In this document: one piece after another, positions 1-9,559 of the stretch
Numbering within the stretch: position 1 is the first letter of the stretch
How the letters are laid out: each line of letters opens with the position of its first letter
Origin: Octopus sinensis
Taxonomy: Eukaryota
Direction: 5' to 3'
DNA: 20,866 bases
NCBI RefSeq assembly: GCF_006345805.1
Contig: NW_021823882.1
Location: 1 to 20,866, forward strand
Notes under the pieces: generated by a model
Told to the model about the DNA's origin: nothing
The model's input: the letters and a program-made list of their open reading frames with translations, nothing else
Databases searched by the model: none
Program-made: the position numbers and the translations under genes

Positions 1-305
1 TTCTTCTAAAGATGGAGTCGAATGTAGGTGAGTAATGGAGAGTTCCATTACGAAGGGAGATAATAACGAACGCTTTCGTAAGCTGGCTGCTGTATAAGAA
101 GCCCCATCAAACTGAACAAAAGCGAACACACAGACACAACTGTAACGATAAACAGAAACTACGTGATTATAATCGTACACTCAGTAAAATATACGTACGT
201 ATGTAAACGTGCATAATTATATAAATATTTATACAGAAGAAGTCGGACGGAAAATACCGAAAATGGGAAGGTGGTGTGAGAGTGAATACGATGGTTGGAG
301 GAGGT
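1..305 (+). repeat. Diverged interspersed repeat, copy 1 (unclassified, runs off the window start)
   Basis: Aligns by eye to the reverse complement of 2790-3150: gtgagtaatggagagttccattacgaagggagataata-acgaac vs gggagtaatcgagaatttcattacaaaggaagacaataaacgaac; exact 18-mer gaacacacagacacaact at 124-141 and 2990-3007 (minus). Confidence 0.75.
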
Positions 306-324
306 GGAGATCAATATTTATATT

Positions 325-392
325 GTGGTGATGGCGGCAGCGGCGGCGGCGGCGGTGGCGGCGGTGGTGGCGGTGGAGGTGGTGGTGGTGGT
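325..392. repeat. (GGC/GGT)n trinucleotide microsatellite
   Basis: Directly visible; source of the His/Arg-run ORF 229-420. Confidence 0.95.
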
Positions 393-639
393 ATAGGTTT
401 CCAGGTTGAGTATTGGTCATTGGCCCCGTAAGTTGTCGACTTGCCCTTTATCCAGGTGGTACGCTATAGGTGAAAATACAATTAGAGGCGTGGACATGTG
501 GACTGAAATCATGGGGGTTATGGGGGTTAGTGTAACCGATACTTTTCTTCGAACAACGAGAAGATGGTCTTTGAAGCGATCAGCTGAACGGTTAATAAGT
601 CTCATTTAGACACAAAGAATAGCAGTTCTAATGCACTTA

Positions 640-1024
640 GGCGGCAAGCTGGCAGAAGCGTTAGCACGCAGGGCGAAATGCGTAGCGGTTTTTCGTCTGC
701 CGCTACGTTCTGAGTTCAAATTCCGCCGAGGTCGACTTTACCTTTCATTCTTTCGGGGTCGATTAAATATGTACCAGTTACGCACTGGGGTCGATGTAAT
801 CGACTTAATCCGTTTGTCTGTCCTCTCTGTGTTTAGCCCCTTGTGGATAGTAAAGAAATAGGCATTTCATCTGCTGATACGTTCTGAGTTCGAATTACGC
901 CGAGGTCGGCTTTGCCTTTCATCCTTTCGGGGTCGATAAATTAAGTACCAGTTACGCACTGAAGTCGACCAAATTGACTGACCCATCCCCCAAAATTTCG
1001 AGCCTTGTGCTTAGAATAGAAAGT
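640..1024 (+). mobile_element. SINE-A, tRNA-derived, dimeric (one head, two body units)
   Basis: Head ggcggcaagctggcagaagcgttagc (A-box-like), B-box-like gagttcaaattcc at about 712-724; body repeated (gttctgagtt at 707 and 881) around a linker; 3' end gccttgtgcttagaatagaaag. Confidence 0.85.
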
Positions 1025-1035
1025 AATATATAATA

Positions 1036-1597
1036 TTCTTTTCTACTATAGGGGAGGTGGATAGTCGATTATATCGACCCCAGTGCGTAACTGGTACTTA
1101 GTTTATCGACCCCGAAAGGACAAAATGCAAAGCCGAACTCGGCAGAATTTGAGCTCAGTACATAAAGACAGACGAAATATCTATTTCTTTACAACCCACA
1201 AGTGGCTAAACACAGAGAGGACAAACAAGGACAGACAAACGGATTAAGTCGATTATAATGACACCAGTGCATAACTGGTACTTATTTAATCGACCCCGAA
1301 AGAATGAAAGGCAAAGTCGACCTCGGCGGAATTTGAACTCAGAACGTAGCGGCAGACTAAATGCCTATTTCTTTACTACCCACAAGGGGCTAAACACAGA
1401 GAAGAAAAACAAGGACAGACAAACGAATTAAGTCGATTATATCGACCCCAGTGCGTAACTGGTACTTAATTTATCAACCCCGAAAGGATGAAAGGCAAAG
1501 TCGACCTCGGCGGAATTTGAAATCAGAACGTAGCGGCAGACGAAATACGGCTACGCATTTCGCCCGGCGTGCTAACGTTTCTGCCAACTCGCCGCCT
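1036..1597 (-). mobile_element. SINE-A, trimeric (184-bp period)
   Basis: Head at 1597 (reverse complement ggcggcgagttggcagaaacgttagc); gtcgatt recurs at 1064, 1248 and 1432; the same linker as in the 640-1024 copy occurs twice. Confidence 0.9.
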
Positions 1598-1621
1598 TCG
1601 CAATATATATAATACTGCTAA

Positions 1622-1835
1622 AGGCTACGAGGTGGCAGAATTGTTAGCATGCCGAGCAAAAAAGAAAAAAAATGCTTACTAGCATTTCGTTCGTCTTTTA
1701 CTGTTTTGAGTTCAAATTCTGCCGAGTTCGACCTTGTTTTTTATCCTTCGTGGTTGATAAAATAAGTACTGAGATCGAGGTAATCGACTAACCCCCTGGC
1801 CCGAATTTGCTGGTCTTGTGCTAAAATTTGGAACC
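1622..1835 (+). mobile_element. SINE-A, diverged monomer
   Basis: ggtggcagaattgttagcatgcc ... gagttcaaattctgccgag ... tgctggtcttgtgctaaaatttggaacc. Confidence 0.8.
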
Positions 1836-2109
1836 CGTGTATGGTGGAGATATCGACATAATTATCAGATACGTCGACAATGGACTTTGGATTGCATAGA
1901 AATGCTGGTTGGAGGAGATATCAGGGCAAATGTGACATCGTGTGCAGAACGAGTGAAGGTTCTTTACTGGATTTGTTTAGGAATAAGTGAACGTCTGATG
2001 CGAGAGTCGCGCATACTTTTTAATACCTTTCGAAGGAGAGAGTACAAGCTCAAAAAGGATGGGTGGTTACATTTACCGAAATGTAAAAAAAAAATAAATA
2101 AAATAAAAT

Positions 2110-2640
2110 AAATGGTGAGGTAGAAGATGGTACTCGTTGAAGATGGTACAAGCTTGTAGCTTAGAATGTGTGAGAAGAGTGAATTTTGCTATCAAACAAT
2201 ATGTGCGGGGCCAGTGTGCTGTCCAATTATTTGTATTGTCTTGATATGTATTTTAGAGCTTTTGGTGATTCAAGTACCTCCTGTGAAAGAAGGACTCGAT
2301 CCAGCTCGTGAAATAGTCAACGTCGATGAGGGTCTAGAGCGCATTCACAGAAGGGGTTGTTAATTAAAACTAAGGGGAAATCTCTGACAAGGTAATATCA
2401 CCGCATGTGAGATTACCTTGGTAGTTTTCTAGTTGGTTGGGTGCTGGCCAAAAGTTAAATGAATAGAGCTTACTCGAAATAGTGTGGGGAGAAAAAAACA
2501 GAAGTCGAAAAATCGGTGGTGGATGCAAACAGAAAACTATATATATAATAAAACCGAAGAGTGCGGGATTGTAAATGGAAGAACGTGAGTCTGTAAGAGA
2601 ATCTGATGTCGCTGTGTAAGGGAAGTTTTTTTGTGCATAC
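2110..2640 (-). pseudogene. Possible heavily decayed LINE reverse-transcriptase C-terminal fragment (I-group-like)
   Basis: Minus-strand peptides across stops and frameshifts: DIRFSYRLTFFHL (cf. GxxFDxxLTFxxH), ISSKLYSFNFW (cf. IRSKLEYxxxxW), LENYQ, TTPSVNAL. The order fits LINE RT, but each match is weak. Confidence 0.4.
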
Positions 2641-2789
2641 TTCACTTTACCACACCCACTAACAACTATTCTATCTAAGACGTTATCCACCAACACATTG
2701 GAGGACAACATAAGGAACAACGACTAATTTCCTAGCTGACATCCTCTACTTCCTTTCATAGTCTGAATACCGACCTCTGCTTGCTTTGA

Positions 2790-3150
2790 TCCTTCTCCAA
2801 CACCGTTTCTCTTCTCTAAACTCCCTCCCACCGTCTTTCTCACGTCCGTCTCTCATCTTAGTAGTTTTCGTGACATCATTTTATAACTCTTTATGCTTAT
2901 GCACAACACACACTTACATATCTGAATATGTGTAATTGCTTATATATATTTTGCTATGTATGTTCATGTTTTATCTATTTTGCCGCTAGAGTTGTGTCTG
3001 TGTGTTCATTCCTGTTCGGTTGGGAAGTCCGCCATTTTGCAGCTCCCTGCCTGTTCGTTTATTGTCTTCCTTTGTAATGAAATTCTCGATTACTCCCTTC
3101 CCCCCCGCCCGCCATACACACTCTTCTGTCTGACTCCAGTTTTAGAAACC
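2790..3150 (-). repeat. Diverged interspersed repeat, copy 2 (homologous to 1-305)
   Basis: See copy 1; also tttctaaaactggagtc vs ttctaaagatggagtc and acggtgttggagaagg vs acgatggttggaggagg. Confidence 0.75.
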
Positions 3151-3226
3151 TCTTTACTATTTCCGGTCGCCGTTAAACTTCCTTGCAATATTGCCAGATC
3201 AATTATATAAAAAGAAACTCAAAAAA

Positions 3227-3627
3227 TTTAAAAACTACCGGATTTGTGTTAGTAACTGACCCACGTGTTACTACATACATATGCATACATATGCATACAT
3301 TCATACATACATACATACATACATACATACATGCATGCATGCATACATACATACATACATACATACATAATACATACATACATACATACATACATACATA
3401 CATACATACATGCATACATACATACATGCATACATACATACATGCACACATACACACATGTGTGTATGTAATATATATATATTTAATATATATACAGATA
3501 TATATATATATAATATATGATATATTTAATATATATATATATTATATATATATATACATATACATACATATATACGTTTATACATACATATAATACACAT
3601 ATAGACATATGTGAATGTGTGTGTGTG

Positions 3628-3680
<53 letters not shown>

Positions 3681-4065
3681 TTATATATAAAGATTGCTTG
3701 AAGGGCGATTTTAATTTACGTAACTGAACCACATGTCACTACATTTTAAAACTAGCGGATTTGTGTTAGCAACTGATCCACATGTCACTACATACGTATA
3801 CATGCATACATACATACATACATACATACATACATACATACATGCATACATACATACATACATACATGCATACATACATATACATACATACATACATACA
3901 TACATACATACATACATACATACATACATACATACATACATACATACATACGTATATACATACATATAATACACATATAGACATCTGTGAATGTGTGTAC
4001 ACACACACACACACACATTTATATATAAGGATTGCCTGAAGGGCGATTTTAATTTACGTAATTGA
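3227..4065 (+). repeat. Local tandem duplication (3227-3727 and 3745-4065), each unit holding a (CATA)n tract
   Basis: Both units start ttaaaa(a)cta(c/g)cggatttgtgttag and end gattgc(t/c)tgaagggcgattttaatttacgtaa(c/t)tga; shared internal tataatacacatatagacat(a/c)tgtgaatgtgtgt. Confidence 0.9.
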
Positions 4066-4149
4066 TGATTTAATGATATTCAACAGAATTCGTCCACTTA
4101 AAAAATTACAGTTTGAAATAGTACTTATCCTAAATTATTACTAGGGATA

Positions 4150-4168
4150 CAAAGAAGGGGAAGAGAGG

Positions 4169-4202
<34 letters not shown>

Positions 4203-4425
4203 GAGATAGAGATAGAGAGAGATAGAAAGAGAGAGAGAATAATGAACTTGCGATGCTGGTGGTAATGATGACGATGATGATGATGATGATGATGACAACG
4301 ATGACGATGATGATGATAATGATGATGCCACTGCTGCTGCTGCTGATGATGATGATAATGATGGCGATGATGACGATGATGATCCGAGTAAGTTTGCTGA
4401 TGATGTTAACGAGGATGACGATATC
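4150..4425. repeat. Compound microsatellite (GA)n/(GACA)n followed by imperfect (GAT)n
   Basis: Directly visible. Confidence 0.9.
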
Positions 4426-4675
4426 TGAGATAAGTTTGGTAAACTGACCTCCTCTGATATGTAACTGGTATTTATGTATTCGAAGCCATGGATAAGCCTT
4501 TACATAATCGGGAGGCCTTTAAGAAATAGCAGCCAAATACCTTTCAATACATACAATCTAACACTACAATTTGAAAAACTCATGTTCAGTTTTGGAGAAA
4601 TGGCAATGCCTGCGACCTTCGCAGACTTTCCTATGTCAGCGAGAGTCATATTCTTTCTTTTTCTTCTCTTCTTTT

Positions 4676-4993
4676 ACTTGTTTTATTCATTTGACTGCGG
4701 CCATCCTGGAGCACTACCTTTAGTCGAACAAATCGACCGTAGGACTTGTTCTTTGTAAGACTACTACTTATTCTATCGGTGTATTCTGTCGTACCGCTAA
4801 GTTACAAGGACGCAAACACACTGATATCGGTTGTCAAGCGATTGCATGTGTGTGTGTGTGGGGGGGGCAAACACAGACACTGTGGCCCGAGGCCATAGTA
4901 GAAGACACTTGCCCAAGGTGCCACGCAGTGGGACTGAACCCGGAACCATGTGGTTGGAATGCAAGCTTCTTACCACACAGTCACTCGTGCGCT
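4676..4993 (-). mobile_element. SINE-D, tRNA-derived, with CORE-like segment, internally deleted
   Basis: Minus-strand head gcgcacgagtgactgtgtggtaagaagcttgcattccaaccacatggttccgggttcagtccc (A and B boxes), then ggcaccttgggcaagtgtcttct (resembles CORE-SINE accttgggcaagt); 3' end gccgcagtcaaatgaataaaa. Confidence 0.85.
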
Positions 4994-5105
4994 TAAATAT
5001 TGTTAACGTTATTTTCAAATATTTGGCTATCGATGGGGCATATTTCTAGAGAGGGTCATCGATTTTCTGGGGAATAAGGATTGGGTGAATTATTTGGTAA
5101 AAATT

Positions 5106-5302
5106 TTCCTTTCTTCTCTAGTTATACCGACTCATAAGGGCCTGTTTCGGGTTCCCGGTTTCCATGGCGTATACATCCTCAGCCTGGACGGGACATCGAT
5201 TCGTCGTAGGATTATTCAGTTTTGCCAGCTGACTGGACTGGATCAACGTGAAGTGAAGTGTTTTGCTCAAGAACGCAAAGCGTCGCCCGTTCCAGGAATC
5301 GA
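5106..5302 (-). mobile_element. SINE-B, 5'-truncated
   Basis: Reverse complement matches the body of 5644-5899 (ttgagcaaaacact, ccatggaaacc(g/a)ggaa). Confidence 0.8.
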
Positions 5303-5336
5303 CGAGGGTTCGTGGTAAGAGCAGAAGTAGTAATAT

Positions 5337-5405
5337 TTTCAAGTTTTGATACAATGCTAGCAATTTTTTGGGGGAGGGATTAATCTACTACATCGTCCTC
5401 CCCCA
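5337..5405 (-). mobile_element. SINE-A 3'-end fragment
   Basis: tttcaagttttgatacaatgctagcaattttttgggggagggattaatctactacatcg resembles the SINE-A 3' end at 6284-6350. Confidence 0.55.
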
Positions 5406-5423
5406 CCCCGTCAATGCTCAAGA

Positions 5424-5628
5424 AAGCGGTGAACCGGAAGAATCGTCAGCACTCCGTGCAAAACGCTTTGTCGGTCTTCGTGTTCTGAGTTCCATTTCCG
5501 CCGAGGTCGATTTTGCCTTTCATCCTATCGGGGTCGATGAAATACATACCAGTTGGGTACTAGGATCAATTTAATCGTCTTCTCCCACTCCCCGAAATTG
5601 CTGGTCGTCTTCCAAAATTTGAAACCAA
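5424..5628 (+). mobile_element. SINE-A, diverged monomer
   Basis: gttctgagttccatttccgccgaggtcgattttgcctttcatcctatcggggtcgat core; 3' end tgctggtcgtcttccaaaatttgaaacc. Confidence 0.8.
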
Positions 5629-5643
5629 TTTATCCTTGACTTT

Positions 5644-5899
5644 GTGCAGTCACGTGGCTTAGTGGTTAGGGTTTTGGACTCATGAACGTAAGATTGTGGT
5701 TTCAAGTCCTGGACCAGGCGACGCGTTCTGCTCTTGAGCAAAACACTTCTTTTCACGTTGCTCCAATCCACTCAACTGGGTAATCCTACGACGGGCCAGC
5801 GTCCTGTCGAAGTGGGGCTTACAGGCACCATGGAAACCAGGAAACCGGCCCCTGTACATCGGTATGACTCGAGAAGGTAACTTTACCTTTACCTTTACC
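5644..5899 (+). mobile_element. SINE-B, tRNA-derived, with (CTTTAC)n tail
   Basis: A-box tggcttagtgg, B-box-like ggtttcaagtcc, body cttgagcaaaacactt...ccactcaactgg, tail aactttacctttacctttacc at 5879-5899. Confidence 0.85.
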
Positions 5900-5907
5900 A
5901 ATGTTCA

Positions 5908-6050
5908 ACTGCTACTTAATTTATCAACCTCTAAGGGGTTGAAAAGCAAAGTCGACCTCGGCGGAATTTGAACTCAGAATGTAAAGATTGAAAACAAATG
6001 CTGCTTAGCATTTTGTCCGACGCGCTAACTATTCTGCTAGCTCGCCGCTT
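5908..6050 (-). mobile_element. SINE-A, array copy 1 (3'-truncated)
   Basis: gcaaagtcgacctcggcggaatttgaactcagaa ... attctgctagctcgccgc. Confidence 0.85.
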
Positions 6051-6056
6051 TAATAG

Positions 6057-6277
6057 TCCTTTCTACTTTTAGGCACAAGGCCTAAAATTTTGGCGAAGGG
6101 AACTGGGGTATATTATCGGCCCCAGTGTTCGATTATTACTTATTTATCGACTTTAAAAATAAAAAGAGATGAAAAGCAAGTCGACCTCTTTGGAATTTGA
6201 ACACATAGTTAAGGCCGAAGGAGATGTTACGAAACATTTTTTCCGGCATGCTAGCGGTTCTGCCAGTTCGCCGCACC
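6057..6277 (-). mobile_element. SINE-A, array copy 2
   Basis: cctttctacttttaggcacaaggcc ... gtcgacctctttggaatttgaac ... ttctgccagttcgccgc. Confidence 0.8.
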
Positions 6278-6283
6278 TTAATG

Positions 6284-6504
6284 GTTTCAAATTTTGGCAG
6301 AGGGTCAGCAATTTTTTTCTTTTGAGGGGTTGTAAGTCAATTGCATTGACCTCAGTACTTTCTGGTACTTATTTTATCAACCCCGAAAGAACGAAAAGCA
6401 AATTCGATTTTTGTGGAATTTGAACTCAGAACCTTATGAGTCAAAAGGAATACTGCTTAGCGTTTTTATCCGATGCGCTAACGATTCTGCTACCTCGCCG
6501 ACTT
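6284..6504 (-). mobile_element. SINE-A, array copy 3
   Basis: gtttcaaattttggcagagggtcagc ... ggaatttgaactcagaa ... cgattctgctacctcgccg. Confidence 0.8.
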
Positions 6505-6519
6505 AATAATAGCAATAAT

Positions 6520-6962
6520 TATTTCTACTATAGGCACCGTGGAGTCGCGTGGCTTAGTGGTTACTCATGATCGTAACGTTGTGGTTTCGATTTCTGCGAA
6601 CTTCTGCTGACTCTTTCGCCACAACTTTCTCTCATTCTTTCAGCTTCTTGCAGTTCACCTGCGAGTAGACCGGCGTCCCGTCCAGGTGGGGAACCTATAC
6701 GCCAAGGAAACCGGGAAACCGGCATTTAGCATGGCTCGAGAAGGAACGAACTATAGGCACCAGGCCTGAAATTTTGTGGGAGTGGAGCTTGTCGCGTAAC
6801 TCCCCTCCCACCAATGCTCAATTGGTGGTTGTTTTATCAATCTCCGAAACGATCAAAGGCAAAGTCGAACTCGACGGATCTTGAACACGGAACATAAAGT
6901 GTCGGAAGAAATGCTGCTTAGAATTTTGTCCAACGCGCTGACGATTCTGCTAGCTCGCAGAC
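6520..6962 (-). mobile_element. SINE-A, array copy 4, interrupted by a nested SINE
   Basis: The 3' end tttctactataggcac is split at 6538/6750 and resumes caggcctgaaatttt; head cgattctgctagctcgc at about 6942-6958. Confidence 0.85.
6539..6749 (+). mobile_element. SINE-B/C-type copy nested in SINE-A, with exact 12-bp target-site duplication
   Basis: actataggcacc at 6527-6538 and 6750-6761; the insert starts gtggagtcgcgtggcttagtgg and ends ggctcgagaaggaacga. Confidence 0.9.
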
Positions 6963-6987
6963 TCATAAAAATAATAATAATAGTGAT

Positions 6988-7202
6988 AATCCTTTCTACT
7001 GGAAGCACAAGGCCTTAAATTTGGGGAAGAGATTAAGTCGATTACATCGACCCCAGTGTGTAATTGGTACTTGTTTAATCGACCCCGAAAGGGTGAAATG
7101 CAATGTCGACCTCGGCGAAATTTGAACTCAGAACATGAAAACAGATGAAATACCGCTAAGCATTTCGCTCGGCGTGTTAACGATTCTGCCAGCTCGCCGT
7201 CT
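6988..7202 (-). mobile_element. SINE-A, array copy 5
   Basis: aatcctttctactggaagcacaaggcc ... gtcgacctcggcgaaatttgaactcagaac ... ttctgccagctcgccg. Confidence 0.9.
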
Positions 7203-7232
7203 CAAAAAAATAAAAGAAAGTAAAAAAAAATA

Positions 7233-7449
7233 TAATCCTTTCTACTGGAAGCAAATGGCCTCAAATTTGGGGGAAGGCATCAAGTCGATTACAACGGCCC
7301 CAATGCGTAACTGGTAATTATTTAATCGACCTCGAAAAGGCGAAAAGCAGAATCTACCTTTGCGGAATTTGAACTCAGAACGTAAGGACAGACGAAATGC
7401 AGCTAAGCATGTTCCTCGGCGTGCTAACGATTCTGTCACCTCGCTGCCT
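7233..7449 (-). mobile_element. SINE-A, array copy 6
   Basis: aatcctttctactggaagcaaatggcc ... gcggaatttgaactcagaacg ... ttctgtcacctcgctgcc. Confidence 0.9.
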
Positions 7450-7450
7450 C

Positions 7451-7460
7451 AATAATAATT

Positions 7461-7500
<40 letters not shown>

Positions 7501-7501
7501 A

Positions 7502-7551
<50 letters not shown>

Positions 7552-7583
7552 CGATGACGACGATGATGATGATGATGATGAGG

Positions 7584-7635
<52 letters not shown>
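7451..7635. repeat. Compound (AAT)n-(GAT)n microsatellite
   Basis: Directly visible; source of the poly-D/N/M/H/I ORFs. Confidence 0.95.
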
Positions 7636-7636
<1 letters not shown>

Positions 7637-7698
7637 AATGGAAAGAATAATAAATGGTAAGAACGTATCTCCTTTCCATAAGTAAAAACGGTGAATCA

Positions 7699-8070
7699 TC
7701 TCAAAAGAAATATAGGAGAAGCCATGGAAATGTCACATGGATTGTCCAGTGGGAATTATGAAGAAAGCATGAATTGGAAAAAAACAATGGAGAAATAGTG
7801 TGATCCTGGGTGTTCCAGTTATAATATAGTCGATCGAATAACATCTCAAAAATCTTTTGGGATTTCACCAACGAATATAATCATTATAATGTAGAAAGTA
7901 GGGGATCTGGAATTGTTTTATTGTATATTGTAAAGAAAGGATCACACAAAAAAAAAAAAAACTTTTGAGAGTAATGAGAAATAATTGATATCGCTGTACC
8001 TCGGGAGAATAAAATTGGGACTTGAAAACAGGAGGATCTGGAACTGTAGCTGTATCGAGATTTCCTGGTA
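7699..8070 (+). pseudogene. Decayed RLE-type (R4-clade-like) non-LTR retrotransposon C-terminal fragment
   Basis: One frame with several stops: SQKKYRRSHGNVTWIVQWEL*RKHELE (cf. QKEYKRRHDNVARIVHW.LC), KIFWDF at 7849-7866 (cf. KILWDF), VESRGSGIVLL (cf. IEARRPDIVLV), IIDIAVP at 7981-8001, KQEDLEL. Motif order matches the element at 20200-20866. Confidence 0.7.
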
Positions 8071-8099
8071 AGATTAGCGAAAAAAAAAATTCATTGAAG

Positions 8100-8565
8100 A
8101 TTGGATCTCTGAAGTATGTTCGTTTATATACTGGATAAATTAGCTCAAGTAGGAAGATATATCTACTGCTAATCTACCTGGGGATCTGGCAAGTGTTCCC
8201 TCATAGATGAGACAAATTGCTAAGTAAAATAGGAAGGTAGGTCTTAAAAGCAGTAAAACGTAGTGACATTATCTCGAGGTGTGATCCTTTGTAGACGAGA
8301 GAAATAGTTAAATAGCATATGATGGGTTATTGCCAATAGACAACACCAATTGCTAACTGAAATAGGAAGGTAGGTCTTATACGACGCAGTTACAATTGTG
8401 GCACGATTCTGAAGTATGGTTCTTAACAGATGGTAGATATAGTTAACTAGAAAATTAATTAAAAAGTGCTGATTCTTATGAGATACTATAGCAAGAAGGA
8501 CATAATATCTGTGTACAATCTTTTATGGCTTAGACAGATTGTTAACTGAAATACTATAATTAGGA
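8100..8565 (+). repeat. Degenerate direct-repeat region
   Basis: aattgctaa(g/c)t(a/g)aaataggaaggtaggtctta at 8215-8246 and 8348-8379 (30/32 identical); tctgaagtatg at 8108 and 8408. Confidence 0.6.
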
Positions 8566-8574
8566 AATTAGAGT

Positions 8575-8768
8575 TATATACATATACACGTATACACGTA
8601 TATACATGAACATCTGTGTACATATATATTTACATATGCATAAATACATACATGCATAAATACATACGTACATGCATATATACATACATACGCACATATA
8701 TATATACATATAGCTTTTATCGATTTCATAGAGGTATATATATATTATATATATATATATACATACAT

Positions 8769-8800
<32 letters not shown>

Positions 8801-8929
8801 GTATACATACATATTTATACACACACACACACACACACATATATATACATACATATTTGGAATGTTTTGGCAATTCCTTGATACAGTTATAATATTTGGA
8901 GAGATCTTTTCTCAAACAGTTAAGATTGA

Positions 8930-8978
<49 letters not shown>

Positions 8979-9050
8979 AAACAAATGTCTATATACATAT
9001 ACATGCAATACATCTATCTACCGATCTATCTGATACACACACACACAAAT
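8575..9050. repeat. (TA)n/(CA)n/(TACA)n low-complexity microsatellite cluster
   Basis: Directly visible, with a short non-repeat spacer at about 8840-8930. Confidence 0.9.
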
Positions 9051-9559
9051 ATAACGAATTATAATCTTTAACTTGGTCGCTACCATAGAAGCTTGCAAAC
9101 TGTCAAAGTAACAGAAATACTAGACTTTCTTCCTTTTTCTTTTCTTTTTCTTTTTTTTTTTTGTTAACCCACAATTTATTAATGAAGACACAAAATATTG
9201 TTTGAATCCACATAATTCTTCTAACTTCATCATGATCGTGGAAATGTTTAGAAATTTGGGAATCATTTTAATTTTATTAAATATGGCAATTTGTCAGCAT
9301 CCATTTGAAATTTTAAAAAGCACCCACTTCCTATGAGATACGCTGCTCTAATACGATCAAACAGACTCTAAAGAGATGTTTGGTTGTCTGCGCCAGCAAG
9401 ACTTGCTTTTATTATTTAATAAAATTAACAAAAAGCGTCTTTCTTCGGGGGTGAGGTGGTGGTGGAATTGATATGAAAGAAACTAAAGAGAGGCAATAGA
9501 GTTTTACATTCAAATTGCACCCCGAATGTGTAAAATGCCAAACATGAGCCAGTAATACA

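Noticed and set aside
1-33. Consensus splice donor AG|GTGAGT at 27/28, suggesting an exon end
   Set aside because: It lies inside the repeat homologous to 2790-3150, whose copy has a different sequence there; a single donor match is common by chance.
1818-2111. 97-aa ORF MLKFGTRVWW...
   Set aside because: It starts inside a SINE-A tail, has no recognisable domain and ends in an A-rich run.
2278-2325. Hammerhead-like words ctgtgaaagaaggact...gaaatagtc
   Set aside because: The core does not match CUGANGA and I could not build stems I and II.
3020-3170. YY1 (ccgccatttt 3029-3038), ETS-like and GC-box motifs suggesting a promoter
   Set aside because: They fall within a repeat copy, are absent from the homologous copy at 1-305, and the minus-strand ATG closes after 9 codons.
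5908-7449. Repeat-spacer look resembling a CRISPR array
   Set aside because: Units are ~210-bp diverged SINEs with Pol III boxes, the spacers are short and mostly A/T-rich, there are no cas genes, and the DNA is eukaryotic.
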